A stretch of 64,000 bases of DNA from Octopus vulgaris (taxonomy: Eukaryota): assembly GCA_951406725.2 (NCBI GenBank), contig OX597817.1, positions 7,192,001-7,256,000 of the forward strand, given 5' to 3'. Of this stretch, positions 1 through 12,506 are shown one piece after another; positions within the stretch are counted from its first letter, which is position 1, and the number at the start of each line of letters is the position of its first letter. The notes below the pieces were generated by a model. The model was given only the letters and a program-made list of their open reading frames with translations. It did no database searches and was not told the DNA's origin. A program made the position numbers and the translations under genes.

Positions 1-45
<45 letters not shown>

Positions 46-49
<4 letters not shown>

Positions 50-490
50 TCAGAATAAAAACATGATGCCAAGGATTTAGCCGTACATATCTTTCGGGCC
101 TTTATTAGACGGTTTTATAACAATGCATAATGTGTGTCTATAGCCTTCTTCAGCCGCGTACAATTACTACTTCAAGGACATGTATTACATTATAAGTTTT
201 ACGTTGAGGATGCAGATCCTCACAGTCGCGTACGACAGAGTGGAGCACCAACACAAAATCGAAGCGTCCATCACGTCTTTCACTCGATGTAGGTGTCTGG
301 GCAGAGTTATTCTCTTTTAATATCTTATAATTTAACACACTCACCGGTAAAATTTCCCCTTATTTCTTTTTTATTTATTTAACTTTATTTTAAATTTTAA
401 ATTAAAAAAGGAAAAAAGAAATAAGTGGAAACTTTACCGGTGAGTGTGTTAAATTATAAGGCACGACTCTCCTCAGATACAACAGAATAT
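46..490 (-). mobile_element. Penelope-like pLTR remnant with a degenerate hammerhead and an internal inverted repeat
   Basis: Abuts (TA)n. The minus strand at 81-113 reads CCGT-CTAATAA-AGGCCC-GAAA-GATAT-GTA-CGG, a decayed CUGAUGA/GAAA/GUA hammerhead layout. Inverted repeat at 324-372/412-460. Confidence 0.45.
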
Positions 491-550
491 GCTTCAACAC
501 ACGAACTCACATAAAGAATCTTGCAAACCAAATCCAATATATATATACAT

Positions 551-715
551 ACGACGGGCTTTTTCCAGTTTCCATCTGCTAAATTCACTCTCAAGTCTTT
601 GGTCAGCACGAGGCCATAGTACAAGACATGTATCCAAGGTACCACGCAGTGGGACTGAACCCGGAACCATGTAGTTGGGAAGCTAGCTTCTTACCACACA
701 GCCACGACTTCACCT
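551..715 (-). mobile_element. tRNA-derived SINE family A, 5' half only
   Basis: Minus strand GTGGCTGTGTGGTAAGAAG...GGTTCCGGGTTCAGTCCC (A/B box-like). Homologous to copies at 6521 and 45500. Confidence 0.85.
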
Positions 716-759
716 ATACTTTACATTTATTTACTTGATACTACTAGAAATTTTTAACG

Positions 760-830
760 TTTTTCCGTCTTCACTGAAGAGTTTTGCTCGAAACGTCGCC
801 ATACACATCTTCCGACACCATAAAATCGTA
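760..830 (+). mobile_element. PLE-type repeat fragment with a minimal hammerhead core
   Basis: CTGAAGA-G-TTTTGCT-C-GAAA-CGTC at 774-797. Stem I is not well paired. Confidence 0.45.
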
Positions 831-1053
831 CTAAATTTGTGGACAGATATCTAGTTTGACTGATGACTGCATGGCAATGGATAGATAGATTGATAGAGAG
901 ACGGAAACAAAACAAGGAAAAAGGAAAAGATTCAGACATCGTTCAAAAACAAAAATATCTAAACGAAGACGCATGTGTGAGTGTCTGTTTAAGGAAAAAG
1001 TAATAAAACGCAACTACAAAAAGGTAATAATAATAGCAATAATGATAAAAACC

Positions 1054-1105
<52 letters not shown>

Positions 1106-1149
1106 CATCATCATCATTATTAATAATAATAATAATGATAATAATGATG

Positions 1150-1210
<61 letters not shown>

Positions 1211-1254
1211 TAATAATAATAATGATAATAATAATAATAACAATAATCATCATC

Positions 1255-1340
<86 letters not shown>

Positions 1341-1341
1341 C

Positions 1342-1405
<64 letters not shown>

Positions 1406-1430
1406 GTAATAATAATAATGATAATAATAA
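1054..1430. repeat. (TTA)n switching to (TAA)n microsatellite
   Basis: Directly visible. The strand switch is near 1121. Confidence 0.95.
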
Positions 1431-1702
1431 ATTTCCTCAAAAATTATTAATGAAATGTGAAAGTGTAAAAGTGGTAAAAATATAAAATGCAAAAGTGCCG
1501 AGCAATAAAAGAAAGTGGAACTTACCTTATAATTATGTTCTCTGAAAATTGAAGATGAAAGTTCGAATCGATTAAGGAGATAATATATCGGATTTTAGGC
1601 ACATTTGGATTTGAAGTAACTTTATTATATTCAATTTTTTATTTTGTATTTATTATTGATTGATTTCTTCTTCCTTCTATTTTTTTTTTTTTTTTTTTGC
1701 AG

Positions 1703-1801
1703 ATTACTTTTGTTTTGATTTGTTTAGTAGGCGGTGGTGGTTATTTCCCATCTTCAGCAATGGGATTCGCTCTTGCGAAATTATTTACTCAAAATAATAA
1801 C
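1703..1801 (+). CDS. Candidate internal coding exon, 33 codons (ITFVLICLVGGGGYFPSSAMGFALAKLFTQNNN), signal-peptide-like
   Basis: Long poly-T tract plus GCAG acceptor, AAC|GTAAGG donor, 99 nt, open in phase 0, hydrophobic start. No partner exon identified. Confidence 0.35.
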
Positions 1802-1989
1802 GTAAGGCTATAAGTTCCTGCCATTTGATGGAATTGGTGTTGTTATTGCTAGAATTACTGCTAATAGTTTTAGTAGAAACACTATTTGTAGGGACGGTGG
1901 TTGTATGTGTTTATGCGAAGTCTGATATTAGTAGTAATATTAGTTGTAGTGGTGGTGGTAATCGTGGTAGTAGTTGTATTATTATTATT

Positions 1990-2006
1990 AGTAGTAGTAG
2001 TAGTAA

Positions 2007-2063
<57 letters not shown>
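1990..2063. repeat. (TAG)n microsatellite
   Basis: Directly visible. Confidence 0.95.
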
Positions 2064-2640
2064 AGGCCGTGCTAGTGATGGTAATATAACATTAGTACCA
2101 CCATCCACCATATCACAGCCATCAAATAATAATTCTTTCTAACTTATGTACAAGGTCAGCAGTTTTGATGAGGACAATTCGATTACATATGTGTATGTAT
2201 GTATGTGTGTATGCACGTATGTATGTATGTATGTATGAGTTTGATAGATATGTATATACTACAACTACTACGACTAGTACAATTGCTGTCACTACGAGGT
2301 CCCGAGTTTAATGAAGCAGCTCCCGTTTTATCAACTCTCAGAAATTCGCTAACTGGATTTGTTGACTTTAGATTGACTGGTGACTGAAGCGGCTCTTCTG
2401 AACGTGATTTCACTGAATGAAAATTATAAGTTGAATGAAGATTAATATGCTTAACTTCACCAAGATTTAGGAGAGAATATTGGAGCAGTCCATTCACTAT
2501 AGGAAGTAAGATAGTAACGCTTCTATCTAGATTTCTGAAAAGTGTCTAACAAAATGTGAACAAGCGCTACACAAATACTTATATATATATATGTGTATGT
2601 ATGTATATTATATAATATGATATTATATAATGTATTATAT

Positions 2641-2790
2641 CATATAAAATCCGTTCTGTCTGTCTGTCTGTGTGTCTTCTAGTATCTCGGGCATCCTCCA
2701 TCAGATTGCTCTCAAATTTGATATGTAGATACCGACGGTATCAGGGCGTGTATAAGTCTTGCAAAAATCGATTCCAGGTGAGAATGCTAT
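2641..2790 (+). mobile_element. Probable 5' part of a non-autonomous Helitron-like repeat
   Basis: ATATAAAA followed by (CTGT)n and GATTGCTCTCAAATTTG, a layout like the 5' ends of the Helitrons at 48771 and 49578. No 3' CTAG end seen. Confidence 0.4.
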
Positions 2791-2994
2791 CGATAAAGTG
2801 AATAGAATGGTTTTTCTTTGGAATAGAAAAAAGGTGTATATTTCTTCTTTTGCTGGTGTCTCAAATTTACGTTAAATCAGTGTTTCTCAAAGGGGAGGCC
2901 TAATGGACGGTCGGACAAGTTGTTTTGAGAAAATTTGGCTTAAATGTTTGACAACTCAGCACCGTCCATTGGATGGGTGGGGGTGTTTTGCTCG

Positions 2995-3026
<32 letters not shown>

Positions 3027-3030
3027 CATG

Positions 3031-3079
<49 letters not shown>

Positions 3080-3103
3080 GTATGTATATATGTATACAGG
3101 GTC

Positions 3104-3500
3104 AGGTGTAGTTGAGGAGTAACAAATTTGATTTCCACTCACGTATTGTAGCACCTTGTAAGTAACACCTTGGGCGAGTGTGGGTTTTCTACTATTTCCC
3201 CGAGCCGACGAAAGCCCCATGAATGTATTTGGTTTGCAGAAATTGGAAAATCTCGTCGTATATACGTATCTGTGTATGTGTGACGGGGTGTCTTCCTATG
3301 TGTTTATGTTTGTGTTCCTCTCACCACTTGATAACTAGTGATGGTTTGTTTACGCCCCCATCACTTAGCCTTTCGGGGAGAAGAATGCGATAGAATAACG
3401 AACAAGCTTATTGGAGTCGATATGTACGACTCAACCTGCCCATCAAGTTGGTGCGGCAGCATGGCTGCAGCCCAATGATTTGCACAAGTTAAAGATGAGA
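3104..3500 (+). mobile_element. SINE family A, diverged full-length copy
   Basis: CACCTTGGGCGAGTGT...TCGTCGTATA, a TG-rich middle and the tail CAGCATGGCTGCAGCCCAATGA. Colinear with 6521-6900. Confidence 0.7.
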
Positions 3501-4551
3501 GATGAAGACATACTTTCTTTGACGTAATTACAAAACGACTTTAGATGTTTGTAATCGTTGCTGATCACCATTTTCCACTCATGTAAACCCTCGGATTTGA
3601 CCAATCTTGATCCGCCGGATTTATATCAATATAAGGAGTGGTAGATGGATTTTATGTATGTAATTATATGCAATCCTTCCTATGTCAACATATCTTACAT
3701 CAAACAAATACATGTATGCTGAATTTCTGCATACTGACCAACAGTACATGTACAAGATATTGATCAATAAAAGAAAATCCATAACCTTTCCAGGAGTTGT
3801 AGACGACGTAAAATCTCTTCCTACAGCTATCTCGCTTATAAACCAGCTTCATGCTTTAGACCACTTTTAAACAAATCCTTTCCTTAATGTACACGAAATA
3901 AACATCCATGTATGAAAGTATGTACACAAGTCTATATTTATATGCACATTTATGAATGTAGGCTTCGTTTAAAACACGTCAATGTATTTGTACGTGTATC
4001 TTGATACAGTTAATATTTATATATTTATCTTTCTCTTTGTCTTCATACATACATACATACATACATGTATCTATGTATTTATGTATGTATGGATGGATGT
4101 ATGTATGTATGTATGTATGTATATGTACATAAATATGTATGTGTGTAAATATATATGCATTCATATGTGTGGGTGTATATATATATATATATATATAAAC
4201 AAAAGTATTAGAGGTAGCTGTAAGACTTTCTTTTTGTAAATGTCCTGAAAATTCTACACAGCCGTGACGTTGTCTCTTTTTATCTAACACCCACATATAT
4301 ATATATGCTTTTATGAAAATGTGCATGTATATATATTTGTTTATTTGTGTATTCACACACACACACACACACACCTTTATATTCCAACATGACGAATGGA
4401 ACAGATAGGCTATCGACTACAATTGTTACATTACTAGCTGATGTTCAGTGCGTTAAGTTGCAACGAACACAACGCAGCTTAGTCTTCCGGTTGTAGTCAC
4501 CTCAACGAAGTTTTCCTTCTTGCAGGAAATAAACAAAGCTTATCTATTCAG

Positions 4552-4632
4552 ACATACATACATACATGCATACACACATACATACACACACACACACACA
4601 TACATACATACATACATACATACATACATACA

Positions 4633-4665
<33 letters not shown>

Positions 4666-5072
4666 GCATACATACATACATACATACACACATACATACA
4701 TATATACATACATAGATGCATACACGCATACATACATACATACATACATACATACACACACACATACATACATACACACATACACACATACATACATACA
4801 CACATACATACATACATACATACACACACACATACATACGTACATACATACATACATACATACATACACACACATACATACATACATACATATATACATA
4901 CATACATACATACACACATACATACACACACACACATACATACATACATACATACATACATGCGTGCATACATACATACATACATACATACACACATACA
5001 TACATACATACATACATACACACATACATACATACATACATACACACACACATATACATACATACATACATA
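4552..5072. repeat. (CATA)n/(CA)n compound microsatellite
   Basis: Directly visible. It explains the ORFs at 4520-5183. Confidence 0.95.
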
Positions 5073-5258
5073 CCTACATGAATATATGTATATGTGTATG
5101 TTTATATGTATATACATATAAACATACATGAATATATGTATATGTGTATGTTTATATGTATATACATATGTACTTTTGTCCATTAATACATGTTGGGATA
5201 TATATATATATATACGTGTGTGTGTCTTGGGGAGTTTGTATATTTGTATGTATATGTA

Positions 5259-5310
<52 letters not shown>

Positions 5311-5781
5311 CTTCAAATCGTTCCTCCTCAACAAGAGAAAATGTGGCATTATGCAATACATAATGAGGGTCTAAGTCTTTTATGCCTTAGAAAGAGAAAT
5401 GTGCTGCATGTATTGATTGTATGGCTCTTTGATTGGCGTTGCCCAGCATCTAAGCAACAAAAGCAAACACCAACGATATACGCAGATAGGAATGTATCAC
5501 CGTTGTTGAGATATTTTAAAATGGCGTTTCCGATGTGAAACGTTTTGTCAGAGCGCTATTCCGATAATCCCTATTGTCATTATCAGTATCAAGGTTTAAT
5601 ATCATTGAGAACGCCCCTGCTGCAATTCTTAACTATAATCCATCAGTAAGCCCCTACCGGCAATGATAAAATAATCAGCAGCACCACAATCATCATCGTC
5701 ATCATCATCATCATCATCATAATCACCTAGCGACATGATAATCATTAACGTCATCCTCGCCATCATTATCACTTTCCTCTT

Positions 5782-5819
<38 letters not shown>

Positions 5820-6520
5820 CCTCAGCATTAATCTCAGCTATATTGTCGTCATCAAAGACTTCGTTTTCCTCCGCAGTAATAGCGTTGTCTTCACCACGAG
5901 CTCCCTCATCCTCTTCTCCCCCCTCCTCCTCCTCCTCATCCCCATTATTATCATCATCCACATCACCACCACCAACACTGTCGTCATCATTATAATCTTC
6001 AGTAAAATAAATCTTTATTATCATGGTAAACAGTATAATCACCATCCCCCTTCTTCTCCTCTTCATCATCATCATCATCAACATCTTCATCATCATTTGC
6101 AACATCATCACCATCATCAATAATTCTGTTACTAGACAACGTTTAGCAAGATTTTGCTTGTCTTTTTGTTTTTTTTTTAATTCTTATCAGAAATTAAATG
6201 ATGAAAAAATAGTGTTAGTTAAAGCGAGCTGAGATCAAATTATAAATTTTCTTTTCTTTATTTTTAAGAAAACTAATTTATTTACTTTTAATTTTTCTCT
6301 CTCTGGTTATCTGTGTTGATAAAAATTTATTGGTAAAATTAACAAGATAGCGGTAAACAATTAAGAGAGAAAAAAAATGATCTCCAATTGTAATAGCAAG
6401 CCAGCTAAATGGCGGCGCTTTTAAGTAGTTGCTCGAATTGCTAGAAATGGTAGCTACCTCTTCTTCAAACCATACCTTACCGTATTCATAAGTGATGCCT
6501 ATTTCACATAATGTAGGTTT

Positions 6521-6900
6521 AGGTAGGCGTGGCTGTGTGGTAAGAAGCTCGCTTCCCAACCACATGGATTGAGGTTTCTGTCCCACAGCGTGGCACCTTG
6601 GGCTAGTGTCTTACTCTATAGCCTCGGACCAACCGAAGCTTTGTGAGTGTATTTGGTAGACGGAAACCGAATGAAGGCCGTCGTATATTTATTTATATAT
6701 GTATATATTTATGTGTGTCTGACATTGTGCCTGTGTTTGTCACCCGGACCATTGCTTGACAACCGATACTGGTGCGTTTACGTGCTAATAATCTAGCGGT
6801 TCGGCAAAAGGAAAGGATAGAATAAAGTAATAGGCTTACAAAGAACAAGTCATGGGGTCGATTTCGACTAAAACCCTTTAAGATGCTCTTGCAAGTAAAA
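6521..6900 (+). mobile_element. SINE family A, near full length
   Basis: GGCGTGGCTGTGTGGTAAGAAG head, CACCTTGGGCTAGTGTC body, internal (TA)/(TG) tract and tail TAGCGGTTCGGCAAAAG...GGGGTCGATTT. Confidence 0.85.
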
Positions 6901-6970
6901 TAATGAAGGAATAGTCATCTCTAGAATGCTTTGATTATAGTTGAATTGGTCTACGTCCTATTTGTTTCAG

Positions 6971-7417
6971 CATCAGTTGAAATATTTTCTTCTACTCTAG
7001 GCACAAGGCTCAAAATTTTGAGGCGGGGTGGGGGTGCAGTCGATTAGATCGAACCCAGTACGTAGCTGAAAGGAAAAGTTGAACTCGGCAGAATTTGAAC
7101 TCAGAACATCAAGACAGACGAAGTACCACTAAGGTTTCCGCTGGCCGTGCTAATGTTTCATCAGTTGAAATATTATTTTCTACTCAAGGCACAAGGCCCG
7201 ACTTTGTTGGATTTTTTTTTTGTTTTGGGGGATTTTTTTTTGGAGCGGGGCAGTCAATTAGATTGACCTCAGTACGCAACTGGTACTTAATTTATCGACC
7301 CCGAAAGGATGAAAGGCAAAGTCGACCTCGGCGGAATGTGGATTCAGAATGCAAAGAAAGATGAAATGCCACTAAGCATTCCGCCCGGCGTGCTAATGTT
7401 TCATCAGTTGAAATATT
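6971..7417 (-). mobile_element. Two tandem SINE family B copies bounded by three copies of a 16-bp target-like repeat
   Basis: CATCAGTTGAAATATT at 6971, 7159 and 7402. Bodies carry family B motifs such as TTTATCGACCCCGAAAGGATGAAAGGCAAAGTCGACCTCGGCGGAAT. Confidence 0.85.
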
Positions 7418-8102
7418 GAAAACATTAGTATTGAAAACGTATCCTTAGTTAAAATCTTGAAAACTTTAAGACTAACAATAACAGTAACCATTTAAAATTA
7501 GAAAACCAATGTTTAGTGCGCTAAATATGTGTTTGATTGTTTAGTTAAGAAACGTGTAAACACCGGATGACAACCGGCAATGGCGAGGATTCATATGTCT
7601 ATAGACAAACAGAAACAAGTGAACACACATATATACACAAATATATATACGCGTATATACAGGCAAAATTACAACCACACTCACACATTCAACATCCTTG
7701 GTTCACAATGTTTATATATTTGTATATTCATATGTGCCATCTGTATTTCTCAGCCAATTTCTTTACAGCTGGGACTGACCGATGTGAACCCATGTATATA
7801 GAAAGTTTCAATTACATTTCCTGCAAACTTCGGTTAGCCACTTAAAAAGAAAAAAACCCAGAAAATTCAGCTTTTCATAGAACCTATATATACTGTGTTG
7901 TGTGTGTATGAGTGTGTGTGAATGAATGTATGTACCACATATACATATTTATGAGTTGACGTATAACCTATAGTCCAGACAAGGAAAATACTCGCGTGGC
8001 TAATTCATTAGAGAGAAAAAAGTAAGAAAGATATCTTCACGTACACGCAATTCCTTGTGTAGACACAAACACAAATATAAGTATAGACACTATATACATA
8101 CA

Positions 8103-8155
<53 letters not shown>

Positions 8156-9455
8156 TATATTATATGTACTCAGGCATACGTACATACATATAATATGTGT
8201 GTATGTATATCTATATGCATATGTATGTATGTGCGTGTATATGTATATATCTATTTATAAGATTATATCTATGTACCTCTGCTTTTTACTTACTTTACTT
8301 ATTTACTATATATTAACACCAGATAATTACTAAGTTGAAAAGCGTAACTGGTATTCATCTAACTTATTTAAAAATCAATTAAAATATCACTATTCTACAG
8401 ATATATATATATCAAACATACAATTATTATGTATATATGAAAGCGTAACACTTAAAACATGCATATGTATACATCTGTGTGTCTGGTTCTGTGTCCTCGC
8501 GAGTGCGCCTGTACTTTGGTTTCTGGATTTGGACATAGCTTTATCATCCTTAATGTATCTACATCTCCCAGAACTGCGAGACCATTTTCTATGCTTATGA
8601 CGTCAAGTATTCTTTATTTATTCATAAAGTTCAGAACCCCACATTTTTCTTGTTCTGTTTACTATGAAGACATGATGAGTTATGTCAAATATATTGAATG
8701 ACCATAAAGAATTCGGGGAACTTTTTCAGGAACATAAGTTCAGCTTCTAATGAATAGACGTGACAATGTAATTTCCTTCCCAATCGGAGCCAATTCACTT
8801 ACGTCAATGAAAACGTTGCTAAGTGTGTTTTCATATATAATTTATTTATAGTAATAGTATTCTGAGTAGCCTTTTGGGTATTGAAACTGTTCTTGATAAT
8901 ATTAATATTTATTCTCCTGTGAATGCAAATCCAGGAAACCAATGATCGTTTGTTTTCTACTTAGAAGGCAAATGATCATCGTTATAGAATGCCAGTACAA
9001 ACATGGTGAAAACAACGTTATCTTATAATCAATACAGTAAAATGTTTATATATGCTTAAAACATAGGTTTAGTTCTAAACTTGCTGTAGAATATAACGCG
9101 GGTGTGGAATAAACCCCATGTCCTTGTTATCCTAGTGGGAATATCGGAGCGACATGGAACAACATATGATTAAAACTTCTGAAGGAATTAAAACTTCTGG
9201 TGAAATTTATTTTAAATCTGCTACCATAATGCTATATGAAAATATCTTCTAGCCGTGTAAAATATGTTTGCTAGTTCACACAAGGGTAAGCTTATTTTCA
9301 TAATTAGGAGTTACTATCAAAGAAAGTGGGGTCTGATTATTTTTTGCTTGCTTCAACCGAGCTCTGATTTGGTGTTCTTGCCATCCATTCACCATACCAT
9401 ACTAAAGCAATTCCATTCAAATCATTACATTACATTACCTTACCTTCCACTCCAC

Positions 9456-9529
<74 letters not shown>

Positions 9530-10774
9530 AGTGAGAATAGAGACATAAAATATTTGTTTTAAGATACACAATTTTGCTTCGTACCTACGTTCTTCCAGGG
9601 TTCATATCACTATGGAATATCCTATCAAATGTCTTCTCCCATGTAGTTAGTGTGCCCAACATATTGTCAGCGGAATTTGACGGGAGGAAATCCTTGAAAT
9701 TCTTTTATCCCCAAAGCGAGAAAACCGAAAATCTGGTGCATTTCGAACGAAGACCTTGTGATATCCATTCTACACATGGTTACATATACACTCACTTATA
9801 ATTCTTGATTTCCTAGATATATCGAACCAGTCATAGGATCATTGGAAACCTTTAAAACATAATGCTTTTGTTTTCCAATAGAGATATGAAAGAACTATGA
9901 CATTTACTCGGGTGTTCTTTTTGTTTTTCTTCCTATTTTCCTTTCCCTTACATTTGCTCCATTACTTCCCTTAGGTTAATGGCTCATCCTTATACTTTAT
10001 TCTTATATTTTCCTTCTTTCTTTCTTTCGTTCTTTCTTTCTTTTTTTCATTTCTTTCATTATTTCTCCCAATCTTTCTAACCTCACACGTGCTTCATTTT
10101 CTCCATCGTTTCCATTTTATTTTGTTTTGGTTTATATCATTTTGTTTATTTCCTTATTTAACACACACACAGGCACATACATACACAGGCATAGACAGGC
10201 ATACACACACACACACTCACACACACACACCGCCTCTCACACTTCCTTTTCGTTTTTGAAGTTCTTTCTACCCCCTCCCTTTCTAATCCTTCCTTTGCAC
10301 TCTTTCTTTATATTTTTTCCTTTCACTCTTTATTCTCTCTTTAGTATTTTCTTTTTTTTCCGTTCTGTTTATTGTTATTATCTTTAATATAATTATCTCT
10401 TTAATATAATGATTTTCCCTCCTGGAAATATGTCTGTGAAACTCAGACAAAGGAAAATAAAATATGAAGCAAAATACAAGTATCAAAAAAAGACACAGAA
10501 GTAAGGATGACTTGTTTACCTTCTCGCGGCAATAGCAGAAGCTATGACGTCACAATAGTGTGACGGTACACGATAAAGGTTGCGAGTTTAATATTCCAAA
10601 TAAAACATCTCAGAAATAGGAAAATTGAAAACAGAATGATTCATCCATTCAATATCAATTTAACAGTAGTTGTTATTGTTGTTATTGTTTGACCCCAAGT
10701 CAACCCTGAACGAGAAGACATGGTAAAAATATTCCAGTTATTATCATCCTGCCTTTTTAAGGGTTTCTATAACT

Positions 10775-11180
10775 TATTTCTTTATTGCCCACAAGGGGCT
10801 AAACATTGACTGGACAAACAAAGGAATTAAGTCGATTATATCGATCGAAGTGCGTAACTGGTTCCTTAATTTATCGACCTCGACAGGATGAAAGGCAAAG
10901 TCGACCTCGGTGGAATTTGAACTCAAAACGTAAAAACAGACGAAATACCAATTTCTTTACTACCGGCAAGGGGCTAAACACAGAGAGGACAAACAAGGAC
11001 AGACACACGGATTAAGTCGATTATATCGACCCCAGTGCGTAATTGGTACTTAATTAATCGACCCCGAAATAATGAAAGGCAAATTCGACCTCGGCAGAAG
11101 TTGAACTCAGAACGTAGCGGCAGACGAAATACCGCTCAGCATTTCGCCCGGCGTGCTAACACTTCTGCCATCTCGCCGCC
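10775..11180 (-). mobile_element. SINE family B dimeric insertion with a ~19-bp TSD
   Basis: One head (GGCGGCGAG) and two body/tail units. Flanks are TTTAAGGGTTTCTATAACT (10756-10774) and TTTGAGGGTTTCTAGAACT (11181-11199). Confidence 0.85.
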
Positions 11181-11989
11181 TTTGAGGGTTTCTAGAACTA
11201 CAACGTAAAATACTTGTTTCAGTTTTTAAGATAGGAAAATGAAACCGTTGGATATTCTCTGATGGTTATACGGTTGCCATTTCTTGTAGGGTCTGCTGCC
11301 ACATACAGACTCACTTATCAACTCCCACATCCGCACTACAAGCGCCATCATTCTCACACATTTAACGGCAACTTATATGTTATTGCAAAACAGTCCTGCA
11401 ATAGATTCTTTGTCGTCCCTTAACATCACATAGTTGTATCTTTCTACATGTATACACCTCTTAATGCATTCTTAAAAGGATTGCTCTCCAGCAAGTGCAT
11501 TTGTTCGCATTGTATTTCTCTGAAACAGAAATCTCTGTTGTCTAACATATATATAACTTACACCGTTTTCTTATCTAATCTTTAAAGTTATTTCTGTACA
11601 TATGTGTCATTGAGAAGGTGGAATAACTCCAAAGTACTTCCAACACTATAGCCTTACTTGCAAAAGACGCGGCTCCACTGCATGGCCCAATTCCCTCTCA
11701 GTTTATCACTGAGTTACACACCTGTATTCCTTGACTAAAATCATTTAGCTACTGATAGTGTCTGGTTCACTGCATTACGAACAGCGTAACTTCTACCATA
11801 AAATGTGACGGTCCGGTGAGTAGAAAATTAATCTTTGGAAAGTAATGATTATTTCATTAAATTATAGCACTGAACTCAAAATTATCCAAGTGCATAAGAC
11901 GCGTTGTTAGTTTTTGTTTTGTTTCTTTTTTTATAGAAATAAACAAAATTGTTTCTCCTTTAATTACTGATTTCCATTCAATTTGGTGG

Positions 11990-12300
11990 ATAATCTCTAA
12001 ACGCCACCAGAATGTCACTGAAATATGGTTGATCACCACAGGATTCTTTGACTAGGAAAAGAAGGTGATTGAGGAAATTTCAAAGGCTTGGTGTACAGAG
12101 AAAATATGGTATGAAAAGTTGGTATTTGTAGAACAAGTTTCTGAGTGGTGAGATGTGTTAAATGCATGGACACCACGATAGAATGAGTATAAAAGAAGTC
12201 GCAGTATCTGAGGAAATGGCCTAGAAAACGGGAAGAGATAAACCAAGAACGGCTTATACAATGAGAACAGCTTATATGGTCACAGACAACAGATATTATG
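11990..12300 (+). mobile_element. Possible highly decayed RTE-like LINE 3' end
   Basis: Traces resembling the LRW.GHV.RM and GRPRK.W motifs (CTGAGTGGTGAGATGTGTTAAATGCATGGAC; GGCCTAGAAAACGGGAAG), with many disruptions. Confidence 0.3.
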
Positions 12301-12506
12301 CTGGTGTATGTCTGTATATAGTGTGTGTATTGCATGCAATCAATTCAAATGTACGGAATTACTGTATATGGCATATGTTCATTGTAAAACTTTCTAAACT
12401 ATTCTGTAGCAAGATGCCCTGATATCATGCTTATACACTATATCAATATACATGTGAGTGTGTATGTGTATGTGTGGTGAATGTGTTGTATATATCTATA
12501 TATATA

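Noticed and set aside
1526-1541. Possible 16-nt minus-strand micro-exon (TTTTCAG|AGAACATAATTATAAG|GTAAGT)
   Set aside because: The splice signals are good, but it is frame-shifting, has no partner exon, and such matches arise by chance. It needs junction reads.
9574-9801. 75-aa ORF in non-repetitive sequence
   Set aside because: No recognisable motif, a non-ATG start and no consistent splice pair.
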